64,000 bases of DNA from Candidatus Latescibacterota bacterium (GCA_965237675.1 OZ250150.1:640001-704000), one strand, 5' to 3'. Positions 38,572-48,990 are shown, numbered from the stretch's first letter. A program made the numbers and translations. Notes: generated from the sequence alone by a model not told the origin.

Positions 38572-39693
38572 ATGCGGACCGTAAGGGTCGGTCTTGGCAG
38601 CCGCAGTTATTCGATACTGATTGGACACGGGATTCTGTCCGGATTTGGCGACGCGTACACCGCGGCCGGGTTGGGTTCCACTGCGGCGGTCGTGACCAAC
38701 CCGACGGTGGCGCGGCTCTACCTGGATCCGGTCAGGGCCGGTCTGGAGGCGCGGGGTGTGGCTGTGAGGGTGGTGGAGATTCCGGATGGAGAGGAATTCA
38801 AGACCCTGGAGACGGCAGGGTGGATATATGGCGAACTGATTCAGGCTGGCCTGGATCGGCGCAGTTGTATCGTAACGCTGGGGGGCGGTGTTGTGGGCGA
38901 TACGGCCGGATTCGTGGCGGCGACGTATCTGCGCGGAGTCGATTTCGTGCAAGTCCCCACCACCCTGGAGGCGCAGGTCGATGCCAGCGTGGGCGGGAAG
39001 ACCGGAGTAGATCACCCGCTGGGAAAGAATATGATCGGGGCATTTTATCAGCCGAAACTGGTTTATGTTGACGCGGAAACGCTGATGACCCTGCCCAGGC
39101 GGGAGGTGGCTGCCGGGATGGCTGAGGTGATCAAACACGGATTGATCCGGGACGCGGGACTCGTGGAAGTCCTGGAAAAATCAATCGAGAAGGTGGCGGA
39201 TCTGGCGATAGGACCGGAACAGTTGGTCAGGTTAATCGCGCGAAACTGTCGCATTAAGGCCGATGTCGTGGCGGCAGATGAGACCGAGGCGGGATTGCGG
39301 GAAATCCTCAACTACGGTCACACGGTGGGACACGCGATAGAGGCGGTGACGAATTACACGGTTTACAAACACGGAGAGGCCGTTTTGTTAGGCATGCTGG
39401 CTGCGGGCAGAATCGGGGTCATCAAGGGGTTCTGGAAACCAGCGGACCTGGAACGGCAGAACGCGTTAATCGGAAGACTCGGGATTCCGTCCGGCGCCTG
39501 CGCAATGCAAGCAGACGAACTGATCGGGCGAATGGCGAGCGACAAGAAGGCGCGGGATGGCGTGATCCGGTTTGTCCTGCCGGAGGCGATTGGCCGTGCG
39601 GTGTCGTGCGACACCGTGAATAGACAGGAGATCGAGGACGGAATTCGGTATATGCAGGATCGTTCGCGCGAATCGGGCTGCGGGGCGTCGTAA
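38572..39693 (+). CDS. aroB: 3-dehydroquinate synthase (alternative start 38545)
   Basis: LGGGVVGD, PTTLEAQVDASVGGKTG, GKNMIGAF, LNYGHTVGHAIE, HGEAV. Confidence 0.96.
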   Translation: MRTVRVGLGSRSYSILIGHGILSGFGDAYTAAGLGSTAAVVTNPTVARLYLDPVRAGLEARGVAVRVVEIPDGEEFKTLETAGWIYGELIQAGLDRRSCIVTLGGGVVGDTAGFVAATYLRGVDFVQVPTTLEAQVDASVGGKTGVDHPLGKNMIGAFYQPKLVYVDAETLMTLPRREVAAGMAEVIKHGLIRDAGLVEVLEKSIEKVADLAIGPEQLVRLIARNCRIKADVVAADETEAGLREILNYGHTVGHAIEAVTNYTVYKHGEAVLLGMLAAGRIGVIKGFWKPADLERQNALIGRLGIPSGACAMQADELIGRMASDKKARDGVIRFVLPEAIGRAVSCDTVNRQEIEDGIRYMQDRSRESGCGAS

Positions 39694-39710
39694 TCGGGAG
39701 ACGATCCGCT

Positions 39711-40214
39711 TCAACGCGTCAAGCGTCTGATGACGGCGCTGTGTTCAGGGAAGCTCCGAATCAGATCGGTGCGATTCGCCAGTTCAAGCTCTTCAAATTC
39801 GAAACCGGGGGCAACGGTACCGCCCACCAGGGCGTATGAGCCGGGCTCATTCAGCGTGGCGCCGTACCAGCACCGGGCGCCGATTGCCGCCACGAAATAT
39901 TCATCATTTTCGGGGTTGCTGCCGAGCAGGATGCGGTCGTATCTGCCCCTTTGATCGATCGTATGAATGGTGATGGACGATCCGGCGTAGAAGTGCCAGA
40001 CTTCGTCGGACTGAATGCGGTGAAGGGCGGAAAATTCGTTGTCCTTGAGGAGGTAGTAGATGGCGGTAGACAACGATCGGGGACCGATGAAACGCTCCGG
40101 AAGCGCCTGAGCTGCGACTGTCTCCTCCGCGCGGTATATTTCCCGATAGAAACCGCCTTCCGGATGTTTCTTCAGATTCAATTTGGAGATCCAGTAATCG
40201 GCGTTCTGTTCCAT
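39711..40214 (-). CDS. Cupin superfamily protein (DUF985)
   Basis: LKKHPEGGFYRE, TAIYYLL, SDEVWHFYAG, VAPGFEF. Confidence 0.9.
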   Translation of the reverse strand: MEQNADYWISKLNLKKHPEGGFYREIYRAEETVAAQALPERFIGPRSLSTAIYYLLKDNEFSALHRIQSDEVWHFYAGSSITIHTIDQRGRYDRILLGSNPENDEYFVAAIGARCWYGATLNEPGSYALVGGTVAPGFEFEELELANRTDLIRSFPEHSAVIRRLTR

Positions 40215-40253
40215 AGCAATGTGTATGGCCTGCGAAAAAGTGGCGCTATGCGC

Positions 40254-41306
40254 CTACGCGATAACCCCGCCGCCCAGGCAAATGTCGCCATTGTAGAAGA
40301 CGGCCGATTGTCCGGCGGCGACACCCGAATCCTTTTCCGACATTTGCACGGTCAGGCGGGTGCCGCCCGCAGGCGTAATGCGACATGGAACGCGTCGGGG
40401 ACCGTGTCGGATCTTGACATGAACATCGTGTCGATCCGGGGCGCCGGAGATCCAGTTCGGATCTGAAACCGTGAAACGACTCGATGCCCGGTCCGTCCGG
40501 TGGGTCTTGTGGGACACGTAGATAACGTTGCCGTCGGTGTCTTTCTTCACCACGTACCAGGGGCCGGCAGCAAGGCCCAGGCCTTCACGCTGTCCGATGG
40601 TATAAAACCAGTAGCCCCGGTGCCGGCCGAGCCGGGCCCCCGATTCCAGTTCGATGATATCTCCGGGTTGCTCACCCAGATGCGCTTTGACAAAGTCGGT
40701 ATAGCTTATTTTGCCCAGAAAGCAGATGCCCTGGCTGTCTTTGCGGTTGTGGTTAGGCAGGCCGAAATCCATTGCATATTCCCGGACCTGCTGTTTGGTG
40801 AGGTGGCCGATGGGGAAACATGCGCGTTGGAGTTGCGCCTGGCTGAGTCCGGAAAGAAAGTATGTCTGGTCCTTGATGGGGTCGGGCGCTTGCCTCAGGT
40901 AACAGGTACCGTCTGTTTCGTCGATCCGGGCATAGTGGCCCGAGGCGACTTTATGGTAGCTGCAGTCGATTCGGTTGGTGAACTCGCCGAATTTGATGCG
41001 CCGGTTGCAGACGATGTCCGGGCTGGGGGTCCGTCCGGCTCTGAGTTCGGACACCGCGTGGGAGACAACCCGGTCCAGGTATTCGGCCTGGAGGGGGATG
41101 ATTCTGAGCGGTACCCCAACCTGTTCGCAGACAGCGCGTGCGTACTTGAGGTCTTCCTCCCAGGGGCAGTCGCCCAGGAAAGCAAGTTCGTCTTCGAGCC
41201 AGATCTTGAGGTAAAAAGCGGTGACCTCGTGGCGGTCCTCCCTGCGCAGCAGGGTCAGGGCCACGGAACTGTCGACGCCGCCGGAGAGCAGGAGTGCGAT
41301 TTTCAT
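40254..41306 (-). CDS. mnmA: tRNA 2-thiouridine(34) synthase
   Basis: SGGVDS, SGHYAR, KDQTYFL, KDSQGICF, YTIGQR, GQSAVFY. Confidence 0.95.
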   Translation of the reverse strand: MKIALLLSGGVDSSVALTLLRREDRHEVTAFYLKIWLEDELAFLGDCPWEEDLKYARAVCEQVGVPLRIIPLQAEYLDRVVSHAVSELRAGRTPSPDIVCNRRIKFGEFTNRIDCSYHKVASGHYARIDETDGTCYLRQAPDPIKDQTYFLSGLSQAQLQRACFPIGHLTKQQVREYAMDFGLPNHNRKDSQGICFLGKISYTDFVKAHLGEQPGDIIELESGARLGRHRGYWFYTIGQREGLGLAAGPWYVVKKDTDGNVIYVSHKTHRTDRASSRFTVSDPNWISGAPDRHDVHVKIRHGPRRVPCRITPAGGTRLTVQMSEKDSGVAAGQSAVFYNGDICLGGGVIA

Positions 41307-41441
41307 GGCTCACTCGATGGTGCACCATCCGCGCAAAGCGGATATGTCGAATGTCGCGGGCACACGCCGCTGTCACAAACCGTTACATTTGCAGGCCGGT
41401 CGAGTGTCGGCGATGGAGGTTTCACAGGGCATGTCCGGACC

Positions 41442-42803
41442 TTACTCCCCACGCATCGACACGCCGCCGCTTCCGATACGCACCAGACATTCGGCCAACG
41501 GCTCGGTGGTCCTCAGATCCGGACAACGCAATATGGTCTCCACCAGGTGTTCTGCGCGGGATCTGCCAACGACCGGATCGATGAGGCGATGGGCTTTCGA
41601 GACGAGGTCGTTGAAGGTGATGCCGCTGTCCGGATCCCCCGGGGCCGGAAGCGGGCCGATTCTGTGTGTCCGCCCGCCCGAGGTGGTTACGATCACCCGC
41701 GCCAGCGCTTCATCCGGGAATCGGGCTTCGACGTCCAGGGCGACGGTCATTTCAATCCGGTCGGAAAGGGCCAGTACCTTTGCATCGTTCAAGCCCGAAT
41801 CGACGATTTCAGGTACCCCGACCCTGCCGTGGACAAGAGCGCAGGCAACCGGGTAGGGCAGGCTGTATTGAGCCTCTTCGGTGTTGGCCGGCCGGCGGGT
41901 CCCCAGATGAGTCGCCGCTTCGAAGGTTTCGATCTTGACCGAGACGAGGTTTTCAGGTGTCAGGTTGTGCCTGGTGCGGAGTTCGATCGCGCCCGCGATG
42001 GCGGGTTGCGCCCAACGGCAGCACGGATGGAATTTGTAATAGACCCTTTCAATCCACCAGTCGGACCCAAGGGTTTGCATCGATGCGTGGTACTCGTCCG
42101 CATATAGAGTCGAGCGCATGCCCGTGAAACCGCGGGTCCCGAGTTGAGCGGCGGTGAGGCCCACAAAGGCGCCCCAGTGGATGCCGTCTTTGACCATGGC
42201 CGGATGACGCACACAATCCATTATTGGCGCGTGGTATTCGGCAATGCCAAGCGCGTTTTCCGCTTTCCGGGGTTCGAGATCCAGCAGATGGACACATGCG
42301 GCGGCGGCGCCGAGGCTGCCCCAGGAACCCGAGCCGTGGTAGCTCGGTCCCCGGTGGGGGTGGTCGTGCCATATCGCACCGGCGCGCATGGCGATTTCGT
42401 AGCCGATGGCCACGGCCTCGAGAAACCTGGCGCCCGATGCGTTTTCGGCCTGTGCCATCGCAAGCGCCGCCGGGATGATGACGGCGCCCGGATGACCCTT
42501 CGCCGGGCGGAACCCGTCGTCGACGTCCAGCGCGTTGGCGGCGCACGCGTTTGCCAGGGCGGCGCCGGGGGCACTGCATATTTTGCCTCTGCCCGCTACA
42601 GTGGCTTCACTTCCCGGAAAGGTCGCGGTGGCGTAGTCCGCCACAATATTCGCCGCGGACGTGGGCAGGCCTGCAATGGTTGCGGCAAACAGGTCCAGCA
42701 GGTTCTTGTTGAGTTGCGTCCGGACGACTTCCGGAAGATCGCCGTATCGGGCGTGTGAGATGAAACCGTTTATCGGGTGCACGTGGGGATTTGAAATGTC
42801 CAT
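41442..42803 (-). CDS. MmgE/PrpD family protein
   Basis: ANALDVDDG, GHPG, YKFHPCCRW, EAQYSLPY. Confidence 0.88.
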   Translation of the reverse strand: MDISNPHVHPINGFISHARYGDLPEVVRTQLNKNLLDLFAATIAGLPTSAANIVADYATATFPGSEATVAGRGKICSAPGAALANACAANALDVDDGFRPAKGHPGAVIIPAALAMAQAENASGARFLEAVAIGYEIAMRAGAIWHDHPHRGPSYHGSGSWGSLGAAAACVHLLDLEPRKAENALGIAEYHAPIMDCVRHPAMVKDGIHWGAFVGLTAAQLGTRGFTGMRSTLYADEYHASMQTLGSDWWIERVYYKFHPCCRWAQPAIAGAIELRTRHNLTPENLVSVKIETFEAATHLGTRRPANTEEAQYSLPYPVACALVHGRVGVPEIVDSGLNDAKVLALSDRIEMTVALDVEARFPDEALARVIVTTSGGRTHRIGPLPAPGDPDSGITFNDLVSKAHRLIDPVVGRSRAEHLVETILRCPDLRTTEPLAECLVRIGSGGVSMRGE

Positions 42804-42860
42804 CCGGGATCATGGCTTTACCGCAATCGACCGAAACCAATATAGATCCAGGTCGCCGCT

Positions 42861-43775
42861 TCATTCCATGAGGATCTGTTTCTCGATGTTCAGTCCGACC
42901 CGGTTGCTCCAGGCAAGCAGCATATCTCTGTAAAGCGGGCCCGGCTTACCGCTGCCAACGGGTATGTTGTTGAATTTCGTACAGGGGGCGATGCAATATG
43001 GCGTGGTGGTCAGCCAGGCCTCGTCGGCATTCGCGACGTCGTAAGGTTGGAGGTCTTTTTCGATCCAGTTGAGACCGAGTTCGGCTGCCAGCTCTTTGAC
43101 GGTGAGCAGGCTGACACCCTGGAGTATGTTGCGCGTGGTGGGGGAGTAGATCGTGCGGTCAACCACGATGACAAAGTTGGATCCCGCACATTCCGTGATG
43201 TTGCCGTCCAGGTCGAGAAGCAGCGTGATGGCATTCGGGTCTACCGCGTGCGTTTGCTGGTCAGCCAGCCACCAGTGAAGACGTGACCGGTTTTTGGTTT
43301 TTGGATCCAGACATTGGGGTGGCACATGCCTTAAGGCCGGTGTGACAACGTGAGCGCCATCCTTGAAAAGATGACGCCAGACACGGAAGGGCAGGGGAAA
43401 CGAGTGGATACAGACGGTTGGTGTGAGGCGCACACTTCCCGCGGCGCTTCCGGCATAGATTTCGTTTTCTCCCGGGGTAATGAAGTGAACGATGCCCAGG
43501 TCGGTTTCGGGTGCGATCAATGCACGGTTTGTCTCGATGAGTTCCAGGGTTTTGACACGCATCTCGTTCCGCGTGAGCTGTGGATGAATGCCGGCGTATT
43601 TGCACGATCTGTAAAGCCGGTCCAGGTGATCGTGAAGGCGGAACGGAGCGTGGGCGAATGTGCGGGTCATTTCGGTGAGGGTGGCGCCCAGAATAATGCC
43701 CAGGTCGTAAATATTAATGGCGGCCCGGGAGGCGGGCACAAATTCACCGTTGAGGTAGACAATGGGTTCGGTCAT
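42861..43775 (-). CDS. PLP-dependent aminotransferase class IV family
   Basis: VYLNGEFVP, FRLHDHLDRL, KTKNRSRL, ITECAGSN, ILQGVS, ADEAWLT. Confidence 0.88.
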   Translation of the reverse strand: MTEPIVYLNGEFVPASRAAINIYDLGIILGATLTEMTRTFAHAPFRLHDHLDRLYRSCKYAGIHPQLTRNEMRVKTLELIETNRALIAPETDLGIVHFITPGENEIYAGSAAGSVRLTPTVCIHSFPLPFRVWRHLFKDGAHVVTPALRHVPPQCLDPKTKNRSRLHWWLADQQTHAVDPNAITLLLDLDGNITECAGSNFVIVVDRTIYSPTTRNILQGVSLLTVKELAAELGLNWIEKDLQPYDVANADEAWLTTTPYCIAPCTKFNNIPVGSGKPGPLYRDMLLAWSNRVGLNIEKQILME

Positions 43776-44107
43776 GCGTTAGCTCTATCCGACAAGGTGT
43801 CGACACGCCTCGGACGCCCGGGATTTTGCCTGGTTTACAGCCTCCACCACGGCGGCGTTCAGTTCCTCGAGGTAAAGCCGGTCGTACGGCAGGTAGTCGC
43901 CATAGACCCAGTATCCGGACGCCGCACATTTCGTACATAATATACCGGATGAACAATGTCAAGACAAACGGAAAGGGATTTCGCGGGGCTGCGAGGGGAA
44001 GACCCGCTTCACGGTTGAGGGACGGTTACATCCTCAGGTCGTCTTCGTGACGCCGCGCCATCGATGACGGCCTTCCTACGGGCGCCGCCTCGGCCGTCGG
44101 CCGGGGT

Positions 44108-45643
44108 TCACATCCACAGATTCCGATCCAGACTGCGATACTGGATGGCCTCCCCCACGTGTTGAGGTTTGATTTCGGGTTCTTCTTCGAGGTCGGCGAT
44201 AGTGCGGCTGACTTTCAGAATGCGGTCGTATGCGCGTGCGGACAGACCAAGTTTTGTGATTGCCATTTTGAGCAGTTCTGCGCCTTTGCCGTCGATTCGG
44301 CAATACTCCCGGATTTCTGCTGGACCCATGTGCGCATTGCAGAAAAGGTGTTGTTTCTCCCGGAAGCGATGGAGTTGCACCTGGCGGGCTGCATTGACCC
44401 CTTCGCGAATGGCATCGGACGTTTCTCCGCCAGGTTCATCGGCAAGCTCAGCGTAGTCGACCCCGGGCACCTCGATGTGTATGTCGATCCGGTCGAGGAG
44501 TGGACCGGAGATTCGCGCCATATACCGCTGGATGATCGGCGGGGAACATGTGCATTCGTTCTTGGGATCTCCGAAGTATCCGCAGGGGCAGGGGTTCAGG
44601 GCGCAGGCAAGCATGAATTGGGCAGGATAGGTCAGAGAGATCATCGCGCGGGCGATGGTGACAAATCCGTCCTCGAGAGGTTGGCGCAGAACCTCGAGGA
44701 CATGCTTTTTGAACTCCGGGAGTTCGTCCAGGAAAAGTACGCCGTGGTGTGCGAGGGAGACCTCGCCCGGTCGAGGGTGACGTCCGCCGCCGATCAGGCC
44801 GGCGTCCGAGATGGTGTGGTGAGGGGAACGAAACGGTCGGTTGGCCACCAGGGTGGTATCCGGAGGCAACAGACCAGCCACCGAATGGATTTTGGTGGCT
44901 TCGAGGGCTTCATCCCGGGTCAGGTCGGGCAGAATGGTGGGCAGGCGGCGGGTGAGCATCGTTTTGCCGGAACCGGGCGGGCCGATCATGATAATGTTGT
45001 GACCGCCGCTGGCAGCCACCTCCAGCGCACGCTTTGCGTGCACCTGGCCCCGGACGTCGCGGAAATCGATACGGTAGTCCAGAGCCTGGCTGAAGATCTC
45101 GTCGATATCGACCTGGAGTGACGGCACGGCTCGATACCCTTCGAGGAAGTCCAGTGTCTCCATCAGGTCCCCGACCGGATGGACATCGATACCACCCGCG
45201 ATGGCTGCCTCACGGGCATTTTCACGAGGAAGTATGATTCCCTTGAGACCTTCCCGGCGGGTTTCGACCGCCATCGGCAGGACCCCTCGAACGGGCCGGA
45301 CCGCCCCGTCAAGAGCGAGTTCGCCAAAAATCGAGTATTGGGAGAGGATTTCAGGAGAGATGTCACCGGAAGCGGCCAGGATGCCCACCGCAATCGGCAG
45401 GTCGAAGGCCGAGCCTTCCTTACGGATATCCGCTGGGGCGAGATTGACGGTGACGCGTCGATTTGGAAAGGACCGACCCGTGTTCTTTATGGCGGCGGTC
45501 ACGCGATCCCGGCTTTCTTTGACGGCGTTGTCCGGCAGACCTACCACGGAGAAAGCGGGCACCTGATAATCCAGATCGGTCTCTATACGTACGATATAGG
45601 CGTCAATACCCAGAGTGGCGCAGCTCAACACGCGGGACATCAT
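44108..45643 (-). CDS. comM: YifB/ComM family Mg-chelatase-like AAA+ ATPase
   Basis: VNLAPADIRKEGSAFDLP, GPPGSGKT, FRSPHHT, GEVSLAH, SGPLLDRID; SD GAGGAGG before the start. Confidence 0.93.
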   Translation of the reverse strand: MMSRVLSCATLGIDAYIVRIETDLDYQVPAFSVVGLPDNAVKESRDRVTAAIKNTGRSFPNRRVTVNLAPADIRKEGSAFDLPIAVGILAASGDISPEILSQYSIFGELALDGAVRPVRGVLPMAVETRREGLKGIILPRENAREAAIAGGIDVHPVGDLMETLDFLEGYRAVPSLQVDIDEIFSQALDYRIDFRDVRGQVHAKRALEVAASGGHNIIMIGPPGSGKTMLTRRLPTILPDLTRDEALEATKIHSVAGLLPPDTTLVANRPFRSPHHTISDAGLIGGGRHPRPGEVSLAHHGVLFLDELPEFKKHVLEVLRQPLEDGFVTIARAMISLTYPAQFMLACALNPCPCGYFGDPKNECTCSPPIIQRYMARISGPLLDRIDIHIEVPGVDYAELADEPGGETSDAIREGVNAARQVQLHRFREKQHLFCNAHMGPAEIREYCRIDGKGAELLKMAITKLGLSARAYDRILKVSRTIADLEEEPEIKPQHVGEAIQYRSLDRNLWM

Positions 45644-45750
45644 ACAGTCCTCCTCAGATCCTGTCAGGAACGCCATTGAACCCCGAAGAAGCGTGCCGTC
45701 TTTCAAGGAATCCGTTGTTGGCGAAGGCAATCGCTGACGGCACATGAGAA

Positions 45751-45767
45751 CGCAATAGATGTGCCAG
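45751..45767 (-). promoter_or_regulatory. sigma54 (-24/-12) promoter candidate
   Basis: CTGGCAC-ATCTA-TTGCG, an exact TGGCAC-N5-TTGC match ~110 nt upstream of comM. Confidence 0.6.
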
Positions 45768-45919
45768 AGAAACCACATGTACCTAATATGCTGTCCGGAA
45801 ATGAGATAGATCTCGGGAAAGGAGGATTGGAGAGACCCGTGTGAAAGGGATGTTCAATATTCGGAGAGAGGATTAAACAATGTGGCAATCCGGTTGGCGG
45901 GAGCCATCCCGGGGGACCC

Positions 45920-47098
45920 CTAAAGAGGCTGGTCCGGGTTTACATCGGTCGCATAGTCGACCTCGGGAAGGCCGAAGCCGAAGAGCTTGAGGAATTCCTT
46001 GCGATAGCCCTGCAGATCCGAAATCGCTTCCAGGTTTTCTGTCGTTGCGGATTCCCAAAGGGAAGAGATGCGGGACTGTACGTCTTCTCTGGTTTCCAGG
46101 TTATCGATGCGGATGCGCCCGCCCTCGTCGGTGGGGACCGGCGGTGCGGCATAGACCCGATCCTTCAGGAGCCGGTACATCTGTTGTATACATCCTTCGT
46201 GAATGTTCTTCTCCTTCATAACCTTGTAAAGCAGCGAAATGTAGAGGGGTACCACCGGAATCGCCGCACTGGACTGGGTGACCACGGCCTTGTTTGCGGA
46301 GACGTACGCGCTTCCGTTTCTCTTCTTCAGACGGGCGTCCAATTTCCGAGCCGTGGCTTCAAGGTGAATTTTCGCTTTCCCGATGGTGCCGTCTCCGTAG
46401 ATCGGTTGGGTCAGGTCCGGACCGATATAGGTGAAGGCGACCGTCCGCACACCCTCGGAAAGCACGTCCGCTGCTTCGAGAGCCCGGATCCACAGCTCCC
46501 AATCTTCTCCACCCATCACGGCAACGGTATCGTCGATCTCGATGTCGCTGGCCGGTTCTATGGTAACCTCCGAGACGACCCCCGTGTGGATATCGACCGT
46601 TTTGCCCGTGTAGGGTGCGCCCACAGGTTTCAATACGGAGGTGTATTGGGCTCCGGTTTGGGGATGGGTACGCCGTGGCGACGCCAGGCTGTAGACGACG
46701 AGATCGACGTCTCCCAGGTTGTTTTTGATGGCCGAAACGGTTTGCTGCTTGATGTCATCGGAAAACGCGTCGCCATTGATGCTTCTTGAAAAACAGCCCG
46801 CGTCTTTTCCGGCTCTTTCGAAGGCGACCGAATTGTACCATCCCGCTGTGGCCGTGCGGTTCCTCAGGGCCGGTTTTTCAAAGAAAACACCCACGGTCTG
46901 AGCGCCTCCACCGAAGCACGCTGCAATTCGAGAAGCCAGCCCGTAACCCGTCGACGCACCGATAACCAGCACATTCCGGACGCCTTTCAGGGGCGGCTGT
47001 TTCCTCACCCAGTCGATCTGTTCGTGTACACTATGCGCACATCCGACGGGGTGCGCGGTTGTGCATATGAATCCGCGAATTCTGGGTTTGACAATCAT
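45920..47098 (-). CDS. fabV: Enoyl-ACP / trans-2-enoyl-CoA reductase FabV
   Basis: PRIRGFICTTAHPVGC, GASTGYGLASR, YSLASP, VMGGEDW, YGDGTIGKAK (Y-X8-K). Confidence 0.94.
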   Translation of the reverse strand: MIVKPRIRGFICTTAHPVGCAHSVHEQIDWVRKQPPLKGVRNVLVIGASTGYGLASRIAACFGGGAQTVGVFFEKPALRNRTATAGWYNSVAFERAGKDAGCFSRSINGDAFSDDIKQQTVSAIKNNLGDVDLVVYSLASPRRTHPQTGAQYTSVLKPVGAPYTGKTVDIHTGVVSEVTIEPASDIEIDDTVAVMGGEDWELWIRALEAADVLSEGVRTVAFTYIGPDLTQPIYGDGTIGKAKIHLEATARKLDARLKKRNGSAYVSANKAVVTQSSAAIPVVPLYISLLYKVMKEKNIHEGCIQQMYRLLKDRVYAAPPVPTDEGGRIRIDNLETREDVQSRISSLWESATTENLEAISDLQGYRKEFLKLFGFGLPEVDYATDVNPDQPL

Positions 47099-47235
47099 GT
47101 AGCGGCGTCCTTTCACAAAAAACCAGGACTTATGTGGCGTGTTCCGCTTGAGTGTTGTTTCCAGTTTTCGTCCTGACGCTGACTGCGTATTTCATGAAGC
47201 CCTGCGCTTGCCGCCTCCGCGAAAGCGTGGAGATA

Positions 47236-48654
47236 TCACGTTGCATCCACTGGTTCGGCGGCGGGTATTGCCTCTGCCCAGGGCATGAGCGATTCAAAGG
47301 CGGCGGAGGCGCGCAATACGCCCACATCGTCGCGCCAGCGCCCGACAATCTGCAGTCCAATCGGCAATCCGTTCCGGGCAAAGCCGGCCGGAACGGTGGC
47401 CGCCGGCTGGCCCGTGATGTTAAACGGATACGTGAAAGCGGTCCAGCCAAGATAGCTGGTCGGGTGGCCTGCGATGTCACCTGGATGGTCAAACCCGGTG
47501 GTAAAGGCTGTAACCGGGAGTGTCGGGGTGAGAAACAGGTCGTAACGGCCCATGAATTCACGCCAGCCGTGGTAGTAGTCGTTGCGCCGTGCGTAGGCGG
47601 AGGCCAGTTCGGCGCCGGAGACGCACTGGCCCCTTTCGATCACGTCGACAAGACCGGCGTCCATCCGGCCGTGGACGTCGTCCAGGTTGTCCTTGAACAC
47701 GCCCGCGAATGACGCGGACCAGATCGTGTCTGCAATATCCCAGGGGTCGGGCAGTCCGGGATGGGCCTCTTCGACGGTACAACCGAGATCTTGAATCCGC
47801 GCTGCCGCCGCGGTCGCGATCGTTCGGACTTCGGGATCGATCCGGGCGTACCCGAGGTCGGGAGACCAGGCAATATGCAGGTCGGCGATATCGCCTTCCA
47901 TTTCGCTGAGGTAGTCGGTGGAATCGGGCAGCGAGAGGCGGTCCATGTGGTGGGCGCCAGCCATGACCGTGAGCATCATCGCGGCATCCTTCACCGTGCG
48001 GGTAATGGGACCCGCGTGGGAGAGCAATTCGACCACACTGGCCGGGTACTGTGGAACCCGCCCCCAGGACGGTTTGAGTCCGTAAAGGCCACAGAAACTG
48101 GACGGGATACGGATGGAGCCGGCGCCGTCCGTTCCCTGGGCGAGCGGTCCCATGCCCAGGGCGACGGCGGCCGCCGCGCCTCCGCTGGATCCGCCGGCCG
48201 TCCGACCGTACATCCAGGGATTGTGTACCGGGCCGTTGACGCGGTTTCCGGAGTCTCCCTTCCAGCCCAGTTCAGGGGTGGTGGTTTTTCCAAGAAGGAC
48301 CATCCCGGCGCTGGAGAGGCGTTCCGCAAGCGGTGCGTCGTAATCCGGTATCCAGTTGCTATAGAGCAGGGACCCACGGGCGGTGCGGATGCCCTTTGTG
48401 GGGGTGAGATCCTTTAGCGAACCGGGGATACCGGTCAGAATTCCGGTTTCTCCCCTGATATACGCACGTTCGGCGCGTCTTGCCTGTTCGAGGGCGAGGT
48501 CGTGAGTGACGGTGACGTACGGGTTGAACGTAGGATTAAGCCCTTCAATCCGGCGCAACAGCGCTTTCGTGACTTCGACGGGCGAGAGTTCGCGCTTTCG
48601 ATACAGGCTGCGAAGTTCAACTGCCGAAAGATAGCAAAGATCGGCTGAATTCAT
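47236..48654 (-). CDS. Amidase-signature family enzyme
   Basis: SLKDL, GKTTTPE, GGSSGGAAAAVA, GTDGAGSIRIP. Confidence 0.93.
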   Translation of the reverse strand: MNSADLCYLSAVELRSLYRKRELSPVEVTKALLRRIEGLNPTFNPYVTVTHDLALEQARRAERAYIRGETGILTGIPGSLKDLTPTKGIRTARGSLLYSNWIPDYDAPLAERLSSAGMVLLGKTTTPELGWKGDSGNRVNGPVHNPWMYGRTAGGSSGGAAAAVALGMGPLAQGTDGAGSIRIPSSFCGLYGLKPSWGRVPQYPASVVELLSHAGPITRTVKDAAMMLTVMAGAHHMDRLSLPDSTDYLSEMEGDIADLHIAWSPDLGYARIDPEVRTIATAAAARIQDLGCTVEEAHPGLPDPWDIADTIWSASFAGVFKDNLDDVHGRMDAGLVDVIERGQCVSGAELASAYARRNDYYHGWREFMGRYDLFLTPTLPVTAFTTGFDHPGDIAGHPTSYLGWTAFTYPFNITGQPAATVPAGFARNGLPIGLQIVGRWRDDVGVLRASAAFESLMPWAEAIPAAEPVDAT

Positions 48655-48990
48655 CGTTCCGCTCCGGGTTGATGCCGACCCGCGTCCGGGGTTGACTGCG
48701 TTGAAGAGACGGGATGGCCCAGAAGCGTCAGTAACTGCGCGACCAGGCGGTATGAAATGCCCCAGAGTACACGCCGGCCGGAACCCGCCAGATCGATAGC
48801 CGGAAAGCGACGTTCCGCGTTCTCGATCCGGAAACTGCGCTCACGATGGCGTCTGGCGTCGACGAGTTCGCGCAACCGGACCCAGAAGGCGTCTTTCACT
48901 TCGTCATTTGGCAGAAACGGACCGTAAGTGCTGACGTTGTATACGAACCCCGAGACCAGAACCGGAAGGGTGGCGCCGGTTAGAACGTCA
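48651..48990 (-). pseudogene. C-terminal remnant of a CoA-pyrophosphatase-type Nudix hydrolase
   Basis: LPVLVSGFVY...PNDEVKDAFWV.L..L...VLWGISYR; no Nudix box visible upstream. Confidence 0.6.
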
